DNA of 63,550 nt, the filler included, from Stramenopiles sp. TOSAG23-3 (lineage: Eukaryota): the NCBI GenBank assembly GCA_900128585.1. It is 52 parts of 52 records of this genome, joined end to end, with 100 filler letters (N's around TTAATTAATTAA, not from the genome) between each part and the next. Parts side by side here need not be neighbours in the genome. Positions count along the whole stretch, not along the records: positions 1 to 1,138 come from LT646416.1; positions 1,239 to 2,375 come from LT646418.1; positions 2,476 to 3,611 come from LT646419.1; positions 3,712 to 4,847 come from LT646420.1; positions 4,948 to 6,082 come from LT646421.1; positions 6,183 to 7,316 come from LT646422.1; positions 7,417 to 8,550 come from LT646423.1; positions 8,651 to 9,784 come from LT646424.1; 44 more parts are not named here. One strand, 5' to 3'. The stretch's first letter is position 1, and every line of letters starts with the position of its first letter. The notes under the pieces were generated by a model that was not told the DNA's origin, ran no database searches, and saw only the letters and a program-made list of their open reading frames with translations. The position numbers and the translations under genes were made by a program. This document shows, piece after piece, positions 1 to 11,118 of the stretch.

Positions 1-1
1 T

Positions 2-722
2 GTAGAGACCACAGAAAGAAACTGGCGTGGAAAAAATACAACCAAGTTAAATGGATTATACAACAGTGGCGGTATCACCAGCAAAGATCTTTATAGGATT
101 CGAATGATGCAGGGGCAGGAATCCATTGTAAAACACGCGCTACAAATCTCAGACGGTGTATCGGCTTATTCAGAAGGCGACGACTGGGAATCCATATTCT
201 TAAACTTTATAGACAATCCACAAAATTATTGGTGTTTTGACAGACAATGCGATATAGGGGACACTACAACAGCCAGTAACCTGGATTCTACCTCTTCCAG
301 GTATAATTTTAACTGTGGGTCTACCTGTCCAGGGACAAATGAAACGACAAAAATTCCATGCTCAGGAAAGGGTATATGTGGTGCTTCTGGTCAGTGTGTA
401 TGCGATCCCACAAAAGTGACCATTGGCGAGGATCAGAATGGATTCAAAGAAGTTTTCCAGTTCATACCCGGTGTAACGACTACAACCGGTGGTATGTGGT
501 ATGACGGTGGACAAGTTAGACAGGACCGGCTACAGGGGTGACGCGTGTGAAATTACTTGTCGGGGATACGATGAAGCGACCGGCGATATGACACCGTTGT
601 GTAATGGACATGGCAAATGTGACCTGGCAGGAGCCTGTGCATGTGAAGTGGGTTGGGTAGGAGAAGATTGTCAATTTAAGTGTCCTGGGTTCGAAGAAGG
701 CGATACATCTTTATACGGATAG
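2..722 (+). CDS. EGF-like (tenascin/teneurin-type) repeat protein, partial, frameshifted near 470-500
   Basis: Frame open from base 2; CSGKGICGASGQCVCD in ORF 104..541 continues as TGYRGDACEITC...CNGHGKCDLAGACACEVGWVGEDC in ORF 489..722. Confidence 0.8.
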
Positions 723-750
723 AGCAAAAGCATAAAGTGAAAACAACTCC

Positions 751-958
751 AATGGCTAGCACAGTCATGCCAACACGAGCTCAAAAACCTAAGAAAAAAA
801 AACGAGCTACTCTTATGCCAGTTACTAGAAGCAAAACCAAAGGCAAACGCATGAAACGTAAAACATCTAAAGGCTTACAAACATATGAAAACGCACTCAT
901 AGCTCTAGAAGGCAAAGCACAAAGGCTAGACGCTCAATACAATCGTATCGTTTTTTAA
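751..958 (+). CDS. Short Lys/Arg-rich hypothetical protein
   Basis: ATG-started 68-aa basic ORF (MASTVMPTRAQKPKKKK...); no recognisable domain. Confidence 0.3.
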
Positions 959-1138
959 ATCATAATAATCATTGTTCATTATTATCATTTTTTCAGCCAT
1001 TATTTTCGTCAATTTCACGCAAAAAATGCCACAACACACAACAAAAGAGCTGGCACGAAAGAAAACGATGCTCTCGTGCTGGCGTCTAATTCATCTTCTT
1101 GGGAAATATTTTTCCTTTTCTTTGGCTCTTGGGTCGCG

Positions 1139-1238
1139 NNNNNNNNNNNNNNNNNNNNNNNNNNNNNNNNNNNNNNNNNNNNTTAATTAATTAANNNNNN
1201 NNNNNNNNNNNNNNNNNNNNNNNNNNNNNNNNNNNNNN
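1139..1238. other. Artificial contig linker (44 N + TTAATTAATTAA + 44 N); 51 such linkers in the window
   Basis: Identical 100-bp spacer recurs every ~1.2 kb; the 12-mer gives stops in all six frames; contig lengths fall from ~1138 to ~1111 bp. Confidence 0.99.
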
Positions 1239-1373
1239 ATTTTCTGCCCAATTCCTTCGAGGGGGAACAAAAGCAAGTATAGGAGACTGGGAAAACAGTA
1301 CCAGAATGGAATTTTAGTGGTGGAAAGGTGAGCAATGGGAGCAAAGCAGGAGGAGTAGAAAAGATAAGCAAAC

Positions 1374-2111
1374 ATGAATGTAACGTGGCATGATTGTGAC
1401 GAACCTGGGTGTGGTTACAGATGTAGGACTTCTTCAAGCTTAAAACGACACAAAGCAAATCAACACGACATGAATGTAACGTGGCATGATTGTGACGAAC
1501 CTGGGTGTGGTTACAGATGTAAGACTTCTTCAAGCTTAAAACGACACCAAGCACATCAACACGACATGAATGTAACGTGGCATGATTGCGACGTACCTGA
1601 GTGTAACTACAGAAGTAAGCGTTCTTATCATTTAAAACGACACTACGCAAGTAAACACGACGTGAATGTAACGTGGCATTGTTGTGACGTACCTTGGTGT
1701 AAGTACAAAAGTAAGACTTCTTCAGACTTAAAACAACATCAAGCACGTAAACACGACGTAAATGTAACTAAGAATGATTGTGACTCACCTGAGTGCGATT
1801 ACAGGTGTAAGACCTCTTCAGACTGCCCTCCTGGTCTGCCCTGCGGCCCTTTCCCTCGATTTGTTTGTTCTGATCCGAACCGAGCCTTGGACCAACCCGA
1901 GCACCCTTTCCCCGACCTTTTCGCCCACCGGCAGGCTGGCGTCAGTCAAGGGCGCCCTGCACCGGGCCGGCCACACAGTAGGGCTGCCAGCGAGGTACCC
2001 TTCACTCGTGCCCGTCGGTGGTCGATCTCGAGTTTCTCGTTTTCGTCGGAACCATCTACTGCGGCGTTCAAACGCCGTTTGAACATCTTCTTTACGGCTC
2101 CCCGCAGTTGA
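1374..2111 (+). CDS. Tandem C2H2 zinc-finger protein (four full 32-aa units plus a partial fifth; 96-bp repeats); tail after ~1824 is unrelated sequence
   Basis: Repeats of MNVTWHDCDEPGCGYRCKTSSSLKRHxAxxHD (C-x4-C-x12-H-x4-H) starting at 1374, 1470, 1566, 1662, 1758. Confidence 0.9.
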   Translation: MNVTWHDCDEPGCGYRCRTSSSLKRHKANQHDMNVTWHDCDEPGCGYRCKTSSSLKRHQAHQHDMNVTWHDCDVPECNYRSKRSYHLKRHYASKHDVNVTWHCCDVPWCKYKSKTSSDLKQHQARKHDVNVTKNDCDSPECDYRCKTSSDCPPGLPCGPFPRFVCSDPNRALDQPEHPFPDLFAHRQAGVSQGRPAPGRPHSRAASEVPFTRARRWSISSFSFSSEPSTAAFKRRLNIFFTAPRS

Positions 2112-2182
2112 CGTGTGCTTTTTCTTACGTCTTTCGACTGAACACGACCAATTTGCACGGGTGTGTCAGGGGGGGGCTCCAT
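1946..2182 (-). CDS. Hypothetical basic ORF starting immediately inside the right inverted-repeat arm
   Basis: ATG at 2182, a few bp from the arm; MEPPPDTPVQIGRVQSKDVRKSTRQLRGAVKKMFKRRL... Confidence 0.45.
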   Translation of the reverse strand: MEPPPDTPVQIGRVQSKDVRKSTRQLRGAVKKMFKRRLNAAVDGSDENEKLEIDHRRARVKGTSLAALLCGRPGAGRP

Positions 2183-2475
2183 AAGGCTATGTCTTTTCTA
2201 CTCCTGCTTTGCTCCCAATGCTCAACTTTTCTTACTCTAAATTTTCATTCTGGTGCTTGCTTTCCAGTCTCATACACTTGGTCGTACACTGCCTGAAAGG
2301 AATTGTGCTGAAAATGTGTATTTCTCCCTTTTCTTGTGTATGTATGAATACTGTTCCTTTCAATTAAATTTCTAANNNNNNNNNNNNNNNNNNNNNNNNN
2401 NNNNNNNNNNNNNNNNNNNTTAATTAATTAANNNNNNNNNNNNNNNNNNNNNNNNNNNNNNNNNNNNNNNNNNNN

Positions 2476-2949
2476 TTGGTTCGATAGGGTGGACCGGTCC
2501 CAATCCTTGGACAGCGTCGGAGAGTCCGCGTCGTCGTCGTCGATTTGCTTTCTAATGTACTCTGAAATGTTCTCGTTCCCTATACTATACTCGTCGGCCG
2601 CGTCTTCGTCTGCGTCCAGCGCGTCGCTGTCCTCCCCGGTCTCCGGGTCGTAACGGTTTGCAGACCCGTCCAGCATGGCCTCCATGTTCTTTTGCAAATC
2701 GGAGAGCGTGGGGCTGCGAAGCGAAGGCGCTACTTTTGGACTACCCTTGCCTGCAGACGGACCCGTGTCACAGTAAGCCACATGCCCATTCAAGCAATTC
2801 TGGAAAAACGCGAATGGTCCCACGCGAGTGGATGCCTTCTGTTCGGGGGGATCCGTCTGGAAAAAGTGGGAAAACGCTTTGGTTCCGCACACCACCCCGA
2901 ACCCCTTCAAAAACACGCGCCTCCCGGCCGCGCTGGAAGCTGCGGCCAT
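2476..2949 (-). CDS. Hypothetical protein, N-terminal fragment
   Basis: GC-rich open frame to contig edge, with AT-rich upstream DNA; acidic patches. Confidence 0.6.
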
Positions 2950-3711
2950 TGACTCTATCAACCTTCAACGCAAGCGAGCAAATCCCTACTCCTCCGTCGC
3001 GTGCTGACAACTACCGTTAGAAAAACTATCTCGGTTTACTCGTATCTGTGTACAACGCGGGGTTTTCAATTGAAAGTGAACATGCAAACATATTCATGCC
3101 CCCATACGTCTTCTCTTATTTTTTCTCAATATTATTTTTTTGTTTCTTCTTCTACATACACTAAATATAAAAATTATTACATAACAATAATACTTGGTGT
3201 ATAGTATGAATGAAGTACAGTAGTTTCTTTTAATTATTATTATTTTTTTATTATTATTTTTATTATTGTTGAAGTTTGTTTTATTAGAAGACGACTATTA
3301 CATCTACATAGTATTGGAAGAACAATAGAAAGAAAAAAAAGAAGAAAAAGAGCATTCGAAGAATAAAAAATACATATACATATACACAGCATTTGGGACG
3401 GCGGTGTTCATTTTGATTATTACTGCGTAGTAGTCTGTGGCAGAAGAATATATTATTTTATTATATATAGTTAAACGATTATTTTAATATATAATATTTT
3501 TCCTCGGTTCGTTATTGGTACAGTTGTTTCGTTTTATATTTTTTAAAAACAAGAAAATTGGCTGTTATTTACATAATAAAAATGCTTACTATATTCCCAT
3601 TTATACACTTTNNNNNNNNNNNNNNNNNNNNNNNNNNNNNNNNNNNNNNNNNNNNTTAATTAATTAANNNNNNNNNNNNNNNNNNNNNNNNNNNNNNNNN
3701 NNNNNNNNNNN

Positions 3712-4147
3712 CCCAGACGAAGATGATTTGTACTTCATCTTTCAGGCGTGCAAGTCGAACCCCAGGAATAGCTGCGTCTTAAAACGCGACGTGGTGCATA
3801 TATTTAAGACTCAATCTGCTCGTGAACGATTTTCCAAATTGTGTCCACTGCTTAGGCCACTTTTTAGACCAGCAAAAATTAGTTTCACGACACGGACGCG
3901 CTTCGGTCACGATTTCCCCCCTAGTCCGCTTACTAGAAGAGCAATCGGCAACGCACAGTTCAGCATGTCTCAAAGCGTGCGTCACCTGAAGAGTATGTCA
4001 ATAGGGTACAATGCCAAAACAATAAGCGAGTGTGCTCGGAAGCAAGGAATGTTGAGTGCCATGCATGAGCTTCAGCACAAGGTAAAAGAGTTGCAGACGA
4101 TTGACCGCTCTCTTATTTTGGACCCAGTTAGGGTTAGAGGCGAGTAA
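3712..4147 (+). CDS. Hypothetical protein, C-terminal fragment
   Basis: 139-aa open frame ending at TAA followed by AT-rich DNA. Confidence 0.55.
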
Positions 4148-4681
4148 ATCTCATGATATTCCCTAGTTGTTTTCCTATACTTTTATTGTACTAAATATAT
4201 GCCCTAATTATAAGTCTAATTGTCTCGCACAACCACAATTCCTTTCATTACATAGGCACAACATTAGTCAAAATTACAAATAAAAAAAATATTGAGATTT
4301 TTTCTTTCTCTTCGCTAAAAAGGAAACTATTTAACAGGTACACACCATTATTATTACCATTTTCATCAACAACCGAAAAAAAGAAGAACGAAGAAGAAGG
4401 GGGGTGTGTTCTTCTTCTATCATCGATCTCTTACTTCGCGCATTTCGTTTATATTCTTTATTATACTTGCTAATGCTTACTTACCAAAGGATTAACACAT
4501 ACGTATGTACGACAACGTAAAGAAATGACAATGTAATTATTTGATCCGGCTTGTGGAAACATAACGTAAAATCGAAATATTTGTCCTATTGTTTGGCACA
4601 AAGAGAACTGCCTGATTTTGTATACCTTGCAGTTGCATTCGTGCGGTGACCAATAACATATACGACGACGCGCACAAAGTC

Positions 4682-4847
4682 ATGGGGAGGAAAAAGAACG
4701 TGAACCAGAAAAGAAAAGTCCGCGAGGCCCAAATTGTGAAAGATTTTGACAGCACCGTTGCCAGCTCGCGAAAAAAGCAGCGGTTGCAAACTTCTTCAAA
4801 TAAAGACTTGTTTTTTGTAGACGATGGGGCCGTTGTAAAGAAGAAAA
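4682..4847 (+). CDS. NOP53: Probable NOP53/GLTSCR2 ribosome biogenesis factor, N-terminus
   Basis: Basic N-terminus followed by NKDLFFVDDG, resembling the LFxhD Mtr4 arch-interacting motif of Nop53. Confidence 0.55.
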
Positions 4848-4947
4848 NNNNNNNNNNNNNNNNNNNNNNNNNNNNNNNNNNNNNNNNNNNNTTAATTAAT
4901 TAANNNNNNNNNNNNNNNNNNNNNNNNNNNNNNNNNNNNNNNNNNNN

Positions 4948-5321
4948 GCTTTTGCAGCAGCCTGCATCTTCTTCAGGTCCGCAATGCTGATGGACCCGCT
5001 CTTCTTGGTCCCACTGGCCTTCGGGGTCGTTTCGGCCGGTACGATTTCGGGCTCTACTGACTCCTCGTCGTCGTCGCCCATAGCGGCTTCCTTTAGAGTG
5101 GCCTCCTTCTTCGCTTTTGCAGCGGCTATTTGCATCTTCAGGTCTGCGACGCTAATGGAGCCGCTCTTCTTTTTCTGGTCCGCCAAACGCGCGGACTGCG
5201 TGGCCAGGGTACGCAGCCGCCGGTTTGCGTGGCTAACGGTAGACAATTTTAGCTTGTGGGCATTTACAGCTGTCTGCAGCACCACGAGCAGTGCCAAACA
5301 GAACAAGTACGTACGAAGCAT
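4948..5321 (-). CDS. Secreted protein with repeated KKSGSIS(V/I)ADLK motif, N-terminal fragment
   Basis: Signal peptide MLRTYLFCLALLVVLQTAVNA; two copies of the motif. Confidence 0.7.
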
Positions 5322-5940
5322 GGCGAACGAACAAGAACACGAACTAGAACCACAACAAGAACAAACTGAAACAAAATGGAACAAGAGCTTGGATTAGAAC
5401 TAAGACAACAATTCTAACCAATTTCCCTATTTACATCCTTTTCTCCTTCGGTTCAATTTTATGTAAGAGGCCCAGGAACGTTCATCTTCTTTCCTTCAAA
5501 TGTATTTCTATTTCTCGGAAAGAAATTAAAAAAATGCAAATCAACGTATATTAAGTATTTTATTAACTATAAACAATGTTGTATACTGTATAATATGCAT
5601 AATTGACCTTAAAGGTTGAAACGAGACTCGCTTTGGAGTTTGTTGGAATTGTTTAATAAATGTTAATATTAGGGTTATATATGATAGTAATTATATATTA
5701 TATTAGTATAATATATTGTATTCTTATTTTGTATTTTTGTTATAATTTATATATTAACACTTAGTTATATTATCCATTGTTCCTATTTAATCATAATCGA
5801 TGGTTCATTCGAGTACCCTCCCCCCACTTCTTTAAAGAAAAAGAAAAAAGGATCTTTCAATTCCTTCCTTCTTTTTTCAATATGGTTCAATTAGATAGGG
5901 AAGGTGATGTATTTAAACTATAAAATGTATACTTAATTAA

Positions 5941-6082
5941 AGAGAAAAGAGAAAAAGAAAAAGAAAACGAAAGAGAAAAAGAAAAAGAAAAAGAAAAAGA
6001 AAGAGAAAAAGAAAAAGAAAAAGAAAAAGAAAGAGAAAAAGAAAAAGAAAAAGAAAAAGAAAAAGAAAAAGAAAAAGAAAAA
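5941..6082 (+). repeat. (GAAAAA)n purine microsatellite
   Basis: Direct reading. Confidence 0.95.
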
Positions 6083-6630
6083 NNNNNNNNNNNNNNNNNN
6101 NNNNNNNNNNNNNNNNNNNNNNNNNNTTAATTAATTAANNNNNNNNNNNNNNNNNNNNNNNNNNNNNNNNNNNNNNNNNNNNGATTTGAAGCGTATGAGT
6201 TGTGTTTTCTTTCTCTATATTTATATTGCCAAAGATAAATGATGCTCTTGTGGTGTTATTACATATAACACACAGAGTGGATTGATAAGCTAAATAGCAA
6301 AATAATGATAATAATAATAAAATGTTGTCGACGGGGGTAGGAGAAAAGAACTGCACCACTAACTCAAAAAAAAAAACAACAAAAATGATGACAATAAAAA
6401 ATTAAATATATAGGAAATGTTACAACAATGAGGTGAGGTATGGACACACAATTGGAAGGGGAAATGTTTTTTCCGTCAAGATTCAACGACATACAGCCCG
6501 GTATATTTGAACTTTTAGTTTTAGCTTTCTTAATATTTAATCTTTTTTTGTTGTCCAGAAAGACAAATGCAGAAGAATATAGGTGAACGGAGGGGAGACC
6601 GGAACAAACCAGCAGGAAGTCTATGATCCG

Positions 6631-7316
6631 ATGATAGCTTTGAGAATTGTCTTGCTGGCGGTACTGCTCCGTTCTTCGCTCGTCGTAGCGTCGAGCACGA
6701 CAACGACGACTGAAGTGGTCACGACGACGAATCATACCGAAACAACGACGACAGCCCCGGCGACGACGACGACAAACCATACCGGGTCGACGAACCATAC
6801 GAATACCACGTCGAACCATGCAGGAACGACGAACCAAACGCATAATACGACGAGCCATACGCATAACACGACGAGCCATAGGCATACCACGACCAACGCT
6901 CAGACGACTACCGCAGCTCCGACTACAACTACCGCCCTCGAGGGAGTTATCGATGACCCGCTGTTTGAACCTGATAGTGGAGCTGTTCTATTAGACACTT
7001 CAATTAACGTTAGTTCCCCCCACTCGTCAGGCATCTGTTATACGATAGCTTCGTCCACGGTGAATCCACACGACCCGTCGTGTTACCATCATGGACTGGC
7101 TTGTGAACTGGGGGTCTTTATTGTGAACGGGGGTTTTATCGAAGTGAAAACAGATTCTACATTCAAGGCTATAGCTTGCGCAAACCAGTACGAGCTCGAC
7201 GGTCGAAAACATTCAAAAATAGTAACGAAAACGTATGGGATCCGAGCTGCAATCCCCACATCAACTTCGGGTCATGGCATCAGAAATGGAGATAGGGTTA
7301 CTCTCAACTCAAAAGG
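6631..7316 (+). CDS. Secreted Thr-rich mucin-like protein with Fn3-associated/CHB_HEX_C-like domain, partial
   Basis: Signal peptide, T/N/H repeats, then PLFEPDSG...ICYTI...DP...TFKAIAC...SKIVTKTY. Confidence 0.75.
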
Positions 7317-7442
7317 NNNNNNNNNNNNNNNNNNNNNNNNNNNNNNNNNNNNNNNNNNNNTTAATTAATTAANNNNNNNNNNNNNNNNNNNNNNNNNNNN
7401 NNNNNNNNNNNNNNNNTTACAACTCTTGTACCACCCACCACA

Positions 7443-8550
7443 ATGGCAGACGAAATAGACACCGTGACTCCGGTCTACCTGTGCATGGCATTCTATGTCC
7501 TGGCTATGCTTGGTGTGTCCATCATTGCCAATCGGCAGAATGCAGCAGCAGAGCACGAAGGAGGAGACGAAGCAGCTGTTTCGGAGCACTTTTTAGGAGG
7601 GAAAGGTTTCGGCGTCGTAGTCTTGACCCTAACTACGCTTGCCACCGTGTTTTCGGGCTTCACGGTTGTCGGGGTGCCCAACGAAGCCGGCAAGTCGGGA
7701 TTCACTGCCTTCCGGTGGGTCGGCATTGTGTTGGTCATTGGCGTAAGCGCGTCGATCGTCAACCCGAGAATGCGGCGATTAAGCATCTTTCGAAACTACG
7801 AGTCGCCAGGGGCCTTCATTATGGATCGTTACAACGACGTAAAGGTCAAGTTCGTCGCAATTACTTGCATGTGCGTTCCCCAGCTGCTCTACCTCGGAGT
7901 TCAATTTCATGCCTTGACCTCCTTAATCATGTTTACAACGCAATCCGCCACGATCTTTACTAAAGAAGACGATATGGGGAGTTTTGTCAGTTGGGTGCTT
8001 GTCGGCATCGCACTGCTCCTCTTCTTTGAAGTTATTGGCGGAATGCGAAGTGTCGCATACACCGATTCTGTACAATCTGCCATCATGGTTATCGTTTTCC
8101 TCGTCGTGCCGCTCGTTATCCTTGCTGATTACGGCGGGTTCGCTGGACAAATGGCGCCTGGTAATGATTTTTGCGCAGCCAAGGCTAAGCCCGCAGACTC
8201 ACAGAGCTACTCACAAACGCCTGGTTATGGGTGCATGAACTGGGAGACCGGAAAGATCAGCTCGGGCAAAGGCAAAGATTTGGCAGACAACTACCTCTTG
8301 AGAACACCGTCGACTATTTCAAACTTGAATGCTTTGCTGTTTTTTATTTCGGGCCTTGCTTTCTCAATCCATCCCCATGTCTTGCAACGGGTCCTGAGTG
8401 CAAAGACGGACAAAGATCTCAAGTTTGTTGCACGGACCATTTACGCATCTCCCTGGTTCGCCTTTACTGGCATGATCCTGTTGGGAATGACTGCCACTGC
8501 CAGAAAAATGACGTATGCCCCAGGAAACCAAAAAGCACCGGCTTTCTTTG
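7443..8550 (+). CDS. Sodium:solute symporter (SSS/SLC5, PanF/PutP-like), N-terminal part
   Basis: HFLGGKGFG, ATVFSGFTVVGVP, GGMRSVAYTDSVQS, PHVLQRVLSAK; multiple TM segments. Confidence 0.93.
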
Positions 8551-9605
8551 NNNNNNNNNNNNNNNNNNNNNNNNNNNNNNNNNNNNNNNNNNNNTTAATT
8601 AATTAANNNNNNNNNNNNNNNNNNNNNNNNNNNNNNNNNNNNNNNNNNNNAGAAGAAAGATCATATTAATTTTATTATTATTATTATTATTATTACTATT
8701 GAATAATATTGAATACTATATACTGAATACTGAATACTGTTGTGGTGAAGCTGTTAAAAAAAATGTTAAAAAAACAAACAACTCTTCGCTATTAATACAT
8801 CTGATGCTATTTCATTGTAATAAAATTATTTTTTAATAATTTCTTTTTTATTTAAACAACTGTATTAAATAAAGCTCATTTCATATACTAATTCATATAT
8901 CTCCTATTTATCTGTTTTAATTCTAAAATATATTTAATTATTAAAAAAAGTCTAAATTAACTTATACTTGTACTTTTATGAAATTAATATATACTACTGT
9001 ATATATTCCTATCAAAATTTATCCACTGAATTCTTCTCTTCTTTTTCTTCGGAACTCTGGCTTGACCAAGGCCGACAGGCCGGGACGGTGGTGGAGAGAT
9101 ATGATCACATGTTGTGATTAATATAAAATTAGCGTCACCATAAGGACACCAGGCCCGCGTTCCAAGAATAATACCACGTATTTGGTGACCGGGCGTTGTT
9201 GGCATTTGACGAAATCTTTTATTTATATATATGATGTGGTGGTGTGTGGTTTGTTGTAATATTATAATAATAATTATTTTATTATTATTAAAATTTTTTT
9301 TTTTTTTTGGATACACAATTCACCCATGACAAGGTAGCGAATAAAAAATGGTGGCACGCCAATGTATTATTTTAATTTGTAATTGATGAAAATGGAGAGG
9401 ACGATAGATCAGAATGATCGCTCGCTGCTTTCTAGCACAGACCAAGTATCTTCGTAGGTTTTTCGTCCCTTAAAACCCCACAGAAACCACAACAGAACCG
9501 AGAATTCCCAACCTCTTGAAGTTCCTTTCGTTGGACATCGTCGTTTAGTGTTCATGTCAACCCCAACACTCTCCCCGACGTCCTCCCAACACTCCTTGCG
9601 TAACA

Positions 9606-9784
9606 ATGTCAGAACCACCATCCACGGCCACCACCACATCCACAGTTACCACCCCCACCCCTACCGCTCCCGCCATCCAACCGAAACCCCCCACCCCCTC
9701 CCAACGCACACTCCTACGCAAACAACTGTGGTATGAATGGAAAATAGCACCAGACCCCAAGCCTAAAACCAAAGAAATCAAAGA
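9606..9784 (+). CDS. Hypothetical Pro/Thr-rich N-terminus
   Basis: ATG in ACAATG context, open to contig end. Confidence 0.45.
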
Positions 9785-10274
9785 NNNNNNNNNNNNNNNN
9801 NNNNNNNNNNNNNNNNNNNNNNNNNNNNTTAATTAATTAANNNNNNNNNNNNNNNNNNNNNNNNNNNNNNNNNNNNNNNNNNNNTAATATATAGGTAGAG
9901 ATAGATGATGATTCAAAAAAAGAAGAAAGAGAAAAAAAAAAAAAAAGATATTTATTATTTTTTTGTTTTATTGTTGTAATATAGAGATACCATTGATACA
10001 AAAAAAAAGAGATTCAAAAATAATGTAATAATCATCATACTCTTCTATTACTATAGTATACTACTACCATGTACATACATATTAATACACTTGTTGGGAA
10101 ACACAAAAACATCTTCACTTGTTTCTTTGGATACAGTTGTGTACAACTTCAAACTGAACAAGAAATTATATCCCCTCCAAACTAGAATTTGCGACAAAAT
10201 GATTTGAAACAGAATACGCTTTCGAAAAGAAATTACAAAACCAAAAAAATTATCTGTAAAAGAATTTAATAAAC

Positions 10275-10694
10275 ATGACGTGGACAGACACCTTATGCTT
10301 TGGCATGGCTGCCGTTTACTCCTTTTTCGGCATTACCCTTGCCATTTCAATGCGTGACTTCTGGGGGACAAACTCGCCTGGATTCTCATACTGGACGGTC
10401 TCAGATGACAGTGGCCAATGGTTTGCCCGCGCAGCTGGTGTGTGGATGACATTGGTCACGACCTCTCCATGGTGGTGCGACATGCCAAAACACACGCTTG
10501 CGAAATTGTACTTTCCAGTTAACGTCATTTTCATGGCGATGTTTGTGCAAGCAGCGTTCTACATGGACACTACCGGACCAGCAGCAGGCAACCACTTGCC
10601 TTTCAGCATGTGGTACACCCAACTGCCTATTGCTGCATTCTTCCTTCTGGCTAACGTACGTGCCCTTGGGGAAGGAAAAAGCAAGTCTTCTTAA
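10275..10694 (+). CDS. Small integral membrane protein (about four TM helices), complete
   Basis: 139-aa ORF with four hydrophobic segments; AT-rich upstream. Confidence 0.8.
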   Translation: MTWTDTLCFGMAAVYSFFGITLAISMRDFWGTNSPGFSYWTVSDDSGQWFARAAGVWMTLVTTSPWWCDMPKHTLAKLYFPVNVIFMAMFVQAAFYMDTTGPAAGNHLPFSMWYTQLPIAAFFLLANVRALGEGKSKSS

Positions 10695-10861
10695 TTTAGA
10701 CGGCAGTCAGAACTCGAGCACCAGGCAACCACTTGCCTTTCAGCATGTGGTACACCCAGCTGCCCATTGCTGCATTCTTCCCTCTGGCTAACATACTTGC
10801 CCTTGGGAAAGGAAAAAGCAAGTCTTCCTAATTTAGACGACAGTTACAACTCGAGCACCAG
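10585..10861 (+). repeat. 137-bp tandem duplication of the gene 3' end and 3' UTR
   Basis: CAGGCAACCACTTGCCTTTCAGCATGTGG... at 10585 and 10722 with scattered substitutions. Confidence 0.95.
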
Positions 10862-11118
10862 CCACGGCCACCAATGTCGCCCCATTTGCAAACCAAATTT
10901 TCATTGACATGACTCATCAGGAAGAAGACCTCGTTAAATAAATGTTGCAGGGTGGCATCGTACCGATTGCATATCGACCGACGGCTTTCCTCCCAGTAAT
11001 GGAAATGGCAGCTGCGATNNNNNNNNNNNNNNNNNNNNNNNNNNNNNNNNNNNNNNNNNNNNTTAATTAATTAANNNNNNNNNNNNNNNNNNNNNNNNNN
11101 NNNNNNNNNNNNNNNNNN

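Larger units (their letters stand above)
1239..2315. repeat. Imperfect ~130-bp inverted repeat pair (1239-1369 and 2186-2315)
   Basis: Left ...GAGCAATGGGAGCAAAGCAGGAGGAGTAGAAAAGA matches the reverse complement of right TCTTTTCTACTCCTGCTTTGCTCCCAATGCTC...; similarity extends along both arms. Confidence 0.9.

Noticed and set aside
539-541. TGA readthrough, selenocysteine or an alternative genetic code in the EGF gene
   Set aside because: The continuation is in a different frame; other genes read normally with the standard code
1374-1823. 96-bp repeats as a CRISPR or satellite array
   Set aside because: In-frame coding repeats of C2H2 fingers with no unique spacers
9408-9555. Possible snoRNA/U3-like RNA on the minus strand (ends ...GATCATTCTGA)
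   Set aside because: Could not find a convincing full set of boxes or stems; needs an Rfam search
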